Part shown: in pieces, positions 1 to 11,203 of the stretch
How positions within the stretch are numbered: position 1 is the first letter of the stretch
Layout of the letters: each line of letters begins with the position of its first letter
Source of the DNA: Lingula anatina
Lineage: Eukaryota > Animalia > Brachiopoda
NCBI GenBank assembly: GCA_051362555.1
Contig: CM120640.1
Location: 21,080,001-21,144,000, forward strand
Direction: 5' to 3'
Length of the DNA stretch: 64,000 bases
The notes under the pieces: generated by a model
What the model saw: the letters and a program-made list of their open reading frames with translations, nothing else
Databases searched by the model: none
What the model was told of the DNA's origin: nothing
Made by a program: the position numbers and the translations under genes

Positions 1-2250
1 GTTATTTTCCAAACGATATTATTTGAATAGCAGATACATAGATCAAACTAACAACAATAAAAATTTTTGATGACATTGAAAATCAAAACCTGCGGTGCAC
101 GATAGGTTGAGGAGGACACTGCCACAGCAAGTAATGCATGAATTTTGTTACATAACACCATACATGTATGCTTGTGTCGTTGTTAACTCTGTGGTATTAT
201 TACTGCTCAAATTAATACATGATACTATTTCTCAGGCTACCAAGTACAAATCAACTAATTTTGTGGCAATTGACCTCCATGTTCCATCATGTGTGCAGGT
301 TGTTTATTATTATTATTATTTGTTCAAGCACATTTTGATAAAGTGGCTATGCTTTAACAAGAGAAAGTCAAAATTTATGCTGAAGTTTAAAAGATTAAAT
401 CATCAGTAGTATATACAATTAAAGCTATTTGATTATGCATATTTGATTTTCAGTTATCTTGATTATGATACGCGGTTGCTGCCTTTTTCTTTTGCCCTCA
501 AATCAATATATAACAAGTAAATTGATAGTGCTTTATTACAATTTTGGCTTTATACTTTCAGATGTAAAAAATGTGTAGCTGTTGGTAAAGTTGTAGAGAT
601 TGATGTGAGCATAGATCAGGGGAAATGGTATTAGAGAAACTAGGAGGACAAGACATAGATACTAGTAGATCGATCATCACAGCAAGGGTAGATGGTGTGA
701 TCTTGTCCCTGAAGCTGTGCCTCAAGTTTTCAACTGGTGTGAATTGCAATATGTACCTTCAGGTTATACGTGGCAGATTCATGACAAAAGAGACCTTCAC
801 AATATACTTCAAAGGAGTTATTCTTGCATCTATGCCTCATCAAAAGTACACAGTTGAAGTGACTAGATCATTGTCTGCCAATAGTGAGGCAGTGAAGGCT
901 GCAAGATGCCATTGTTTTTTGAGTATTAAGACTGACAGTATCTGTTTTTATTATTATTTTTGTATTATTCATTTTTAATGGGAGGGAGATTCACTTTGTT
1001 CTTTCTATGCCCATTCAGTTTAGGGTTGGTGGCAATATATGGTAAATCCGTCATGCCTGTATGTAGAATTTCTTTTGCTCAAATTTCTACATTTATTAAA
1101 TGCATTATGAAGTTTCCAGAGTGATTAATGAGCTTACTTGTAGAAATATCTTGCCTACACGCATTTTGTGATATTTTTACTGCTTTATACGTATGATTAT
1201 TCACATTTCATCAGTGGTGTGTGAAATGTATTTGCATTTTAGAACTGTAGATCTGTGTACCAGCAGGGTTATATTTCAGTAATATCTGTTAATGTTTCTA
1301 AAAATAAGCTTCATGTTTGATAATTAATTGGTTTTAAATAAATAAATAAATAATAACCCAAATAAAATTAATTCATTTTATATTTCACATAATCTGTTCT
1401 TATTATTTCTTCTAAGCATTTAATCATAACATCTCCCACCATTATACTGTTATTGTGTAATAACATTGAAAGTTTCCAAGATTTTATTAACAGGTTGATG
1501 CTAACGTATTACAAATAAATATAAGCATCAAAGCATATTTCCTTACTCAAATGTAGCAAACGTACCACTGGCATAATACCGGTAAAGATACAGGTAAAGA
1601 TGACAGCATTGATAACTGGGTTTACAGTGCTGTTAGTGCAGCATACATGTAGTTAGTGTCAGATTGTTATCTGATAAAGTTTGCTACTAGTACCTGGGAA
1701 CAAAAGGTCTGGCACTTGACAATCAAGTTGATAAAATCACAAAACGCCTGTAGAAAATAGAGCATACCTGCCCAACATTGATTTGTTCAGATTCTTGACT
1801 AAGGGGTGCGTTACTGATGTCAAGGGCCAAGACTTGAACTTAGAAGTTTGGCATGTCACTGGACATTACTCTCGATTTCTGCCCAAATCTAATAAAGCCT
1901 CAGTTGCTTAACTTTTACCAAATTTCCAATATCTACAGGTCGTGTTGTTTAATGCTTGGGGTCTTTTCTCTGGCGGCGGTTAATTGGGAACACCTGTGCG
2001 GCCTGTCAACGCACCAAGACCCACTTTTGTCAGTGCCACATTTTACATTGCCGTAAATATCAAATTTGTGAATAGAATGAGCAATAATGACAGTTATGAA
2101 AAAATGTTTGGAAGTACCTGTCACCTTCGCCACAGTAACCATATGGGCTGTGCCGCCCCCCCCCCCCCCCCCCCACCACAGGCGACACCTTTCGGAGCAA
2201 GCGTGCGTAATCCAGGGTGCAACTGAAAATAACCTTGTCGCGCGACCTTA

Positions 2251-2344
2251 TTGGCCTTTTGGGAAGTTTGTTTTAATTTTTTATAAAAACTTATAAGCCC
2301 AGGGCTTTGTTTCTATGACTTTGGTCCTTTTACTATCACCGGCC
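2251..2344 (-). mobile_element. Solo terminal fragment of the TTAA-flanked (Kolobok-like) element also present at 50225-52352
   Basis: 2251-2348 is the reverse complement of 50221-50318. It ends in the TIR ctatcaccggcc followed by TTAA (2345-2348). No partner end was found upstream. Confidence 0.8.
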
Positions 2345-2866
2345 TTAATATGACCTTGAGTTTGACTTTTGGTATACATGTACTTTCCAACAAGAACTGT
2401 ACTGTACCAATTTTCTGGTCCGTATAACTCCCAAACTGGCAGAGATACACCCACGTTTACTACTGAACTTGGAATTGGAAATTGTATATTGGGCATGTCA
2501 ATATGACCTTAAATTTGACATTTGACCTACTTTTCAACATAGAATGCACTTTGTATATTTACGTACCCATATTTCTCTATTACTAAAACAGATGCACCCA
2601 TATAGCCACCATTTCATACAAAATAACCTATCTTGAGTATCATTATTAGCTTTTTAGCCTGTACATTTTGCAGCTTTGCTGCTTGTTTCTCTTTTTTAAG
2701 GGTTTTGGATGTGGTATACCATGGCAATATAAGAAAATGCTGAAATTTCTGGGAAAATAAATTTTTGCTAAATAAAATTTTTGCTAAATTGTGTGATTTT
2801 CTTCATTTGAATCAACCTCAAAGCACTTTTTCTCATTAAAAAAATAATAATAATAAAACGTGGTAG

Positions 2867-5800
2867 ACCTAAAAAAAAAGTATGGGTGAGTTTCCAACAA
2901 GGTAAGAATACTCAGAGTAGCAGTATGGGATCCTAAAAGCTATGGTTTTATTTTTTCAACAGATCTCAACCAGTTTTCGAGCCACGAAAGCCAGGAAAAC
3001 GTGTACTATAATTTTGCCGCGGTAAGCAATGATTTTACTAATTGTAATAAAGGGAACCATAGGAGAAAGGATTTTGCCAGAAGTGCGCGTCATATGACGT
3101 CGAGTGGTGTAAGACGTAAAGCTGCCTGGTCATTTTTAGCTGGAAGTACACGGCAGTGGAGCGATGTGTGCGAAGTTGAAGCGGATTCTCTGACAACATG
3201 GTAAGATATTATTTCACCTTTCGGCATTTTGAGGAGAGGTATATGATATGAAAACATCACGAGGCTTGAAGGTGCATAATTGTGCTCATATTCAGTCGAT
3301 TTGTTTTTTTAATAACTTGCTGCATCAGGTGAAACCGCGACAAAGAACGTCACGGGGAAAAAATCATGTGAGGTTGTAAATCGTTGTCATATGCCATTTT
3401 TGCATGTATGCAACCGGATATGCCCCCTACCTAACTATTGTTTGGTGTTTTATGGTAAGTGCTGCAGTTATATTGGTGTTTTGTTGTCCTTCAAGGACCT
3501 TGCTTAAACCAGGAAATAGAGCGAAACTAACTACAAATTAGCACTGAACCACGATCGTTGTTCAATGAAATATTTCTTTTATATTGTGACAAGTTTTAAA
3601 ATGGTTAAATATCAATCTGAAATGCAACTTCACATATATGATCATGCAAATCAAGGAGAAACTTTGGTTTCGTCCGTCCTAGTCCCACAATTAAATCCTG
3701 AGAGAATAGAAGGAAAATGTACAAATATTTCATTAATGTGATGAATTCTCCTGACAATTGAAATATTTCATCGGTAAAAAGTAAACTTAACATTGATAAG
3801 GTGCAATATTACCTTGTAAATAAGACGAAAAGAGAATTGTATGTGAGCTGCTCACAAATTTGACAGGTAGATAAGACTACCTTAAGCCTCGGTCACAACC
3901 GGACGCAGGAATTTTAGGATCAAACGTCCCCTGCGAATTTTGGGTGCAGTAGAATCCATGGAGGTAAAGGAAAGTTTGCTGTGGAAAGGCTCAAGTCTGC
4001 CTTGCGAGTCGCAGAGGCCATGTGAGATGGTCTTCCAAGCAGGGACGCTAAATGCAAGGTGCAATGGCCTTGGAAATTGTACTCATAACAGGCAAAGGTG
4101 ACTTTCTTATATATACAATGTATATATGAAAAATTGAAACAAAACAGGCGCTTAGAAATGCGTTAAGGAGCTAAACGCTGTTTTTACACTGAACGTTATA
4201 ATTGTGTAAATGTGTTTTTGAATAAAAAAATAACAACATTTAAGGTCATTTTAATGTCTTTTCATGCAAGAATGTTGTCTAACAACGTGGGTTGATACAA
4301 TGTTGTTTTTCTGACGTTGATACAACGTTGTTATTTGACGTTGATCCAATTTTCAAATCCAATGCTCGCTGTTCGCAAATTATTCGCAGAATCTTTTGGA
4401 CATGTCCAATATCCTCCGTACATGCTTACGGGATGTATGCGAACTCCAAATTGGCTTGCGTGGCACATGAGATTCTGCGCAAAATTTGGATGCAAACAGG
4501 CCGTAAGAGCCCGCACAGCCGGTTGTGACCGAGGCTAAAGCTCCAATCTGACCAGTTCTCAAGACTATTTATTGACAACCTAGGCCATTCAGAACAGAAG
4601 ATCTGAGGATCTACTGATCCAATGATCAGATATGGCGGACCCTTCATGAAAGAAGAGCCGACTAATCCGCTGATGGTTTCCCCGCCTCCACACAATGGGG
4701 CTATACGCGGAGCCGTTTGTCCTAAAGAGGGCGCTGGGGTAATAGTGGTTATTGAAGATAGCCTCGTTTTCGCGTCCGTGTAGAAATGGCTTAAGAGTAT
4801 GGGAAGCAAAGGGTGGCGAAGTTAAAACTTCAACTAGTTGAAAGAGGAGCCTCCACTAGAGGAAAGAAACAGGATTTGGTAGAAAGGTTAGTGTGTTTAC
4901 TTATAAATGTGTCAATTGTATCAATAATATTGAAGGTTTCGCGCTCGAATCTTCCCGTAAAATATTGGTTTCTGTGTGAGCTCCCTGTCAAAAGCCAGGT
5001 GTAAGCGGCGGCTAGTTCCGCACTACTTATATGCCTAATTTATTACTATATTTCAAGATAATGATATTGTCATTGCGTATTTCCATATTCCGAGAATATA
5101 ATGAAGGTATTTATGTTTAAAATATGTTTATTGTAGGCACTCCCTAGTCGATAAAGGACCGTTCGTTTCGGTAATCAAATTTCGTGTACCAGGTCCGACA
5201 TTTAACACATGACTTGTGTCAACACAAATTTTTAAAGGAGAAACAAGGGTTGATGCGTGTTTTATGTCAATGACAGTTGACATAACTAAGTGTAGATGAG
5301 GTAGACAATCAAAACAGTGTTTGCCAAGAGTGTTAGCATCGTTTTGTTAGCATCATTGTTTTTTTCACTCCCTCATAATTGCATTGATGTTGGTAGGTCA
5401 CAGAGAAGGAAGTGTCAGAGCTTGAAAACAGAACTAGAGGCCAAAGTAAAAGTCGAGTGTGGCATGAAGAAAGATCATGGAGAATAACAGCATCGAGGTA
5501 GGTGTGCAAACGAAAATAAGTTTGCTTGTTTTTTACTTGTTCAAATGTCTTGTATCAATATCGTGTCCTAGCTTGAGCTACTATATATACCTGTACCTGT
5601 AGTTGCATTATAATACAGAAATACAAGTTGTGAGATGATATATCATGGTTTGTAGGTCAACATTTAATGCTATGAATGTACAATTTTATTTTGCATTTGG
5701 AATACAAATTGAAAAGAACAGTAAAAAAAACTATCTCACTAATTAAATTTTATCTTTTTTAGGTTTGGTGATATTTTGAACGCAACCGAAAGACAAGACA

Positions 5801-8800
5801 AGGACAAATTATGCCAGTCACTGTTGTTTACCCATGAAATCAATACTCCATATTTCTTAAAATTTACAGACATATAGTCGTCAACAATGTCACGTTCTGG
5901 CCAAATGTTCATTTCACTGAGCTGGAAAAACAAAGTTGATCCATGTGCTTATGATATCTGACACCGTTGTTACCGATAGCTTGAAACGGAGAGCTAAATA
6001 ATCGTCAAAGGCTTGTCTCAGTTTCATAATGATCAAAAAACATTAAAAGGCCCTGGTGACAAACATTTGAAATTCAAGTGGTGAGCTGCTGGCCCAAGGC
6101 CACTGAAAAACAACATGAAATGTTCAGTATGACTAAATCCAGTTTGATACTGGACAGCCTTTGCATTTTTCTGGTACAGCATGACGCTTTCTCTTGTGTC
6201 TGATGGTGTAGTGATATCACACTGGGAAGCTGTACTTTCTTTTTGGCTCTCACCAGCGCAGCCTTCATGTTTGTCTGCCACTGCTTCATCTGCTTGAGAC
6301 TCATCCTATATAGGATACAACAAAAAATAAATACATAAGTTAATAAATTACACAAAGAAAAATACTTCATTGTTAATTAACACACAAAATCTGTGTAGAT
6401 GACGCAGATCTGACTGCCTCTTGTCCCCTTTAGTCCGTCTCTAGTATTTCTAGTATTAAGACAGATAATTATACAAATAAAAAGAAACATTTTATTTATA
6501 AATCTGTTATTATATCATGCGTTATCTTTACCTCCACTTCATCGGATCTGATACTTTGCGAATTATTAAATGGAAATATGGATGGTATCGTTCCTGGCTT
6601 CAGTCTTTTTCTCTCATCTGCAAAAGGAGTGCACATAACGATTATTAATACAATAAAAATTAAGTTGTCCTAATTTGAAAACGTGGCCTTTAAAAAACCT
6701 CATGTATTATCACATAAAAACGAAGAAATAATTGTAGTGGCTGGTCGGGGTTGACCCGGGCTCGGTAGCTTAGTCGGTAGAGTGTTTTCTCCCCCAAATC
6801 GCTACATAATGTTAGGTGAAGAATGTCTTAAAAATTAACATTCTAAGCACGTTAAACGACATAATTACTTAAACATCGATAACAAAGACCTAATGAATAA
6901 GTTGACAAACTCATTATTAATACTAAAAGCGACAACCTACAACTTACGTAGAAGTGTAATCTTCCTCACGAAAGTGGAGGAAACAGACTTTGTCATGTGC
7001 CTTTGGTTTCCATAGTGTTTTTGATGTAGAATCAACCCTCCTGATAGAAACTCTCCACTGGTAACTCAGCTTTGTGTCTTTCGGAAAAGAATGACCTGCT
7101 GTTGACGATGTACATTCCGGAACACAACAGTATCCTGGCATTATTTAGAGCGATATTTACAGCGTCAGATTAAAAATGAAACTGCAAACACACGAGAAAG
7201 TACGCGCATGCGCAAAAGTACCCCAACTAAAACACGCGCGCCCCCCAGTGGTGAAAAAAACTGATAGCCCCATTGTGCAACTTCAAGTTTCGGGACACGT
7301 TTTCATATCACAAGCTCCGTGTTTCTACAAGTGTCCTATCTTCAGAATGCCGAAGGACAAAAAATTATCTTCCTCTGTGAAAATTTGTCTCATTTAATGT
7401 TCACTTACGGTTCTCAATCTATTCTTTAACCCTTGGTGTATTTTTTTTTTACAGTTCTGATGTTGTTCTGTAATGAATGTAACAGTTTGAGAACTGTTTT
7501 TGTGAAGTCCTTCAGAATGTCCTAGAACAGACTGAGGAACATGTTTCATTAAAAAAAAACATAATGTTCTAGGACAGAGAATCGTAAGTGAGTGTTAATT
7601 TTCGCAGGGGTTACCATGCTGTCAGAAAATCCGCTTCAACTTCGCACTCACAGCTTTACTCCCGTGTACTTCCAGCTAAAAATGACCAGGCAACTTTACG
7701 TCTTACACCACTTGACGTCATATGACGCGCACTTCCGGCACAATCCTTTCTCTCCGGCTTCCTTTAGTGTTTTGATAAAAATTACAAATTAACGATTCAT
7801 ACATATGTTTCAAAGATACTGCAATTTATTACTATTATGATAATGAGTTGAAAGCGTACCAACTGGAGCTCGATGAAATAAAGAGTACCGGTGTAACGTG
7901 ACAGAGAGTCCCCCATAACAGAGAGTCCGCTTCTCATTCATTTGTACAGGTGAGCCTCGCCCTAGATTTTGACCCACTTAGGTCAGACTAACCCTAACCA
8001 TTATAACCATATGGAGGGCGGACTTTCTGTTGCACGGACCCTTAGTTTCGTTACACCGGTTACCTTAGTAAAGGCACGTGCCGCCTCCCTGAGCATTGCT
8101 TCCAAGGATATTACAGATTCACTCTTATAAAAGATCATTTGGGAAATTTTGTGTTCACGAATAGATTAAATGTAAATGTAGCTTAGGTGCACGTTTCCAA
8201 TATGCCAATGTGCATGTATTTGAGATATTTGTCACAATTATCATTTATTCACATATCACAGGAATACAAATGCACACCCGATGAACTTGCTGGCAGAGAT
8301 ACGCCAATCATTGTGGAAACCCCACGGGGTAAAGTGGTAAGTGAAACACCCGTCTCACTGTAAATCGAAAATTAAATAGGCCTATCGTAAAAATCACAAC
8401 AAAACGTGGAAATTCATGTGTCCTAAAGTAAAATTAAGTTCGCATTTAATTTATTTCTTAGGATTGGGCCCTGACTTTCAGTAATGAAAAAGGATTGGTC
8501 ATATATCCATTTAAAAGATTTTATGCTTAGAATTCATTAATGAAATTGCAATGTTTTGTGTGCCACAAAACTGTCATAAATATTGACACGTGCTCTTTCT
8601 ACTTTTTAATTTTGAAAATCATCATTTTATAGTGGACTTCTTCACTAATAAAGGAATTCAATGGTGCCGAGGAAACTGCCCTGTGCAACTTGCGACATGA
8701 AAATATTGTTCAGTTTCTTGGGTTTGTGTACAGTGAAAACGAGAGACACATGGAAATGGAATTCACATCAGAACGATCTCTCCTGGACTACTGTCATAAA

Positions 8801-11203
8801 ACAAAACCAAGTACAGAGAAGACAATACTTCATATTCAGCAAGTAGCAAGAGGAATGCGCTACCTACATGAAAACCGGCTTGTGCACTGTGCATTACAGG
8901 CCTCAACGATATACATGACCAACGTGTATAGAAATGTAATATTTGCTATGCATATATATTTATTTATTTATTGTTACACATAAAGTATATAAGTAGTTAG
9001 TTTTTTCAAAACCTTAACAGTTTTTATTATTTAAATGCTGATTTAGACCCGAGGGTAAATTAAGCAACTTCTTGACAGAAATCGCATTTTCTTAGATTCC
9101 CTTATTACCCAATTTTTTTCTTTATTCATTCAATTAATCCCCTATTTGAACGGGATTTTGCAATCCAAAATCATCACCATTTTCTAGTCATTGTAAGACT
9201 TCCACAGCTAATCAAAGTTTTATTTAGTTTTCAGTGATGTATTAATATGATAAAAGGCTTAGAATGGCTAAAAATCTTTTTTAAAGTTGTCCTTAATGTT
9301 TTTCATATAAAAATTCGCAACTCTTGTTTTTCAGGTGAAAATTGGCAACTTGTCAAGAACAACGCTCCTGGTAGAAAACCTATATCATGATGACATTACT
9401 TCTGTCTCTGTGAAAGTGTTCCTGGGAGAAGTTAGAAATTTGAGCCGATGGTAAATATAACATTTTATCTTATTTCAGGAGATATTAAATACTTTCACCG
9501 TGACCATACTTTAACTATGCACAAAAATTCGAATGGTAAAGAAAAATGTGTATTTTGCACTTGAAAATAACATCTGCATAGTAATGCAGTTTTACAATTG
9601 TTCATTAGTGAACACATTTTTTTAATTCAGCTTTTATATTAATGCAGGCTACCTCGAGAAGTGAATGACAACGCGTATTATTCGATGAGGTCCGACGTCT
9701 ATATGTTTGCCGTTGTGATATGGGAGGTGTTTAATGCCCGCGCTGTGTCAGCAGACATATCTCCTTTAGCTTTGGTTCCATATGCCTACATTCCGATAGA
9801 TAAGGTAAAACACAATATTCAAGCTAAGTGGCAGAAAAAATGACTAAACGTAGGTAATATTTGGTCAGTTTTTTTACATTTCAGGATATTTATTTGATCA
9901 TATCTACTGTGCACCGAGTTCAATACATAACTTTTAGCTTGAAGAATTTCTTTCAGGAGAGAACTTACGAGGTATTATATTATTTCGATAAATGGTAGTT
10001 TATATATTTTACTTAAGTTCATTAGAAATGCAGACATGGCATTTCAGAGAAGTGATAACATATTTTCTTCCGTTTCCAGCTCTCAGGTATACACAGCTGT
10101 AGAAGAACACTTCAACAGCCCGAAGACTGCCCAGAATGGGTGTATTCCCTTATCAAAAGGTGCACTTCAGATCCTGCATTTCGCCGACCACTGTTTCCGC
10201 AAATCTGTAGATGCTTGGAATCCGAGTAGGTGTACATTAACTCAAGCTTTTGTCATTATATTGCGATCTTTTTTTCATTTTTCCCTTTTTTCTGACAATT
10301 GTGTGTAAAATATACTAATTGCAGTGTAGTTTTAAATAATTAAAATTTGCTATCTTTCATGTATTCAGAAACCCAGAGGAAGATCCATTGAACATTGTGT
10401 TGAGGCGTCGTTTAGGTGGCCCAGTCAACGAGACGTCAAGCGCCAGTGACAGTGATACGCCTATTGTTCCGCCATTAAATGGTGATCAATCTGCAAGGAA
10501 AGAACCCACAATTGCAGATACTATTGAACAGACCGAAGAGATGCGAAATTACTACGACATCGTGAATGACTATCTGGACCAGGAAGACCATGCTATCTAT
10601 AGCTTTTATGAAGTTGGAACGTTAGATGACCAAGAAAGGAGAAAATCTAATTATATTGAAAAGCCGTTTTACGAAAACCAAGAGACTGCGGCATTTATGC
10701 CGGTCAGTTCCGAGTACGCCGAATTTATAGATACGGCAAAGATGGTTAGAAAGTCGCCACGTTTTATCCAACTAATAAAAAATGCAAAGAAAAGGATGAC
10801 CAACGTTCTTTGGAAGAGAAGTTCGAGGGACAAGGAAAGGTCGCCAGATTCAATCAATGAAGAGCTTTATGATGAAGCAACGTATACCTGCCCTGTTTAC
10901 TATGGCAATCTCGTTGAAGGTAGCTTACTTGCTTGGTCTAGCGAAGAAATCTATGAAGAACTGGGTGAAGTAAACATTTACGAGAGGCCTTCATGTAGCA
11001 ATCAGGGACTGCCTATTGCTCCCATACCCTCTACCAGGGCCGCGGTTCCCCCAGTAAATGGTGAACAAACCGCATTGAAAGAACTCGCAGTTACAGACAC
11101 CTTTCAACAAACCGCTGAGCTAACGTTGCCGAAAGAAGAATATGGTCACTGCCATATAGCATATGACAGCGAAAACAGCGGCAATTATGATGACGTTGTC
11201 TAG
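2867..11203 (+). CDS. Tyrosine-kinase-like pseudokinase with Tyr-rich C-terminal tail (5' incomplete)
   Basis: Frame-consistent GT-AG exons: 8262-8336, 8633-8935, 9335-9450, 9648-9804, 10080-10225, 10369-11203. Tentative upstream exons: 2867-2901 and 2963-3021 (KVWVSFQQDLNQF...VYYNFAA). Kinase-fold motifs: LRHENIVQFLG, QVARGMRYLHENRLVH, VKIG, RWLPRE, SDVYMFAVVIWEVF, PEDCPEWVYSLIKRC. Confidence 0.75.
3886..4535. mobile_element. PIF/Harbinger-type MITE
   Basis: Perfect 17 bp TIR gcctcggtcacaaccgg / ccggttgtgaccgaggc with TAA on both sides. No coding capacity recognised. Confidence 0.8.
4786..5848 (+). pseudogene. SAP-domain / YqaJ-like (lambda-exonuclease family) gene remnant of the ISL2EU-like element
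   Basis: Exon ~4786-4886 reads VAKLKLQLVERGASTRGKKQDLVER (SAP), with a stop at codon 3. Exon ~5398-5497 reads ELENRTRGQSKSRVWHEERSWRITASR, and ~5763 onward FGDILNATER (N-terminal YqaJ signature TRGQ..W...R..RITASRF). It is truncated before the PD-(D/E)XK core. Confidence 0.7.
5845..7141 (-). pseudogene. THAP + HTH transposase remnant (DDE core deleted)
   Basis: 7141-~6948 reads MPGYCCVPEC...FPKD...W...VCFLHF (C2CH THAP). Exon ~6618-6531 reads RLKPGTIPSIF (AVPTIF box). ~6160-5850 reads VQYQTGF...FFSGLGP and RFKLSVTTVSDIISTWINF..QLSEMNIWPERDIVDDYM..NFKKY, the HTH region that precedes the Harbinger-type DDE domain. Frameshifted and truncated. Confidence 0.75.
7892..8055. mobile_element. Short MITE with TGT...ACA ends and CCGG duplication (Ginger-like)
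   Basis: ccgg|tgtaacg ... cgttaca|ccgg, with subterminal inverted motif acagagagtccgc / gcggactttctgt and an internal aaccctaacc. Confidence 0.6.

Larger units (their letters stand above)
4697..7271. mobile_element. Internally deleted ISL2EU-like (PIF/Harbinger-related) transposon with two convergent gene remnants
   Basis: Ends GGGGCTAT...ATAGCCCC with AT duplicated inside the palindromic target cacaat/attgtg. The + strand carries SAP and YqaJ-like exons; the - strand carries THAP and HTH transposase exons. Confidence 0.75.
3051..7763. mobile_element. Long-TIR DNA transposon shell (Kolobok-like termini AGG...CCT) carrying nested insertions
   Basis: About 150 bp imperfect inverted repeats at ~3051-3204 and ~7611-7763 (e.g. 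gcgcgtcatatgacgtc...ggtcatttttagctggaagtacacgg). Flanks ATAA and TTAG resemble a decayed TTAA duplication. The superfamily is inferred. Confidence 0.6.

Noticed and set aside
95-1400. Short ORFs (95-409, 558-749, 625-978)
   Set aside because: No recognisable motifs or exon structure; AT-rich with clustered AATAAA near 1340, more like a 3' UTR or intergenic DNA.
4280-4362. Short caacgttg/gttgat repeats inside the Harbinger MITE
   Set aside because: Probably a fragment of another repeat; no ends or TSD can be defined.
4640-7380. Possible THAP-like remnant of the outer element after removing the ISL2EU insert (PHNCA...IFRMPKDKKL)
   Set aside because: Needs a frameshift and lacks the W and C..HF residues; too weak to call.
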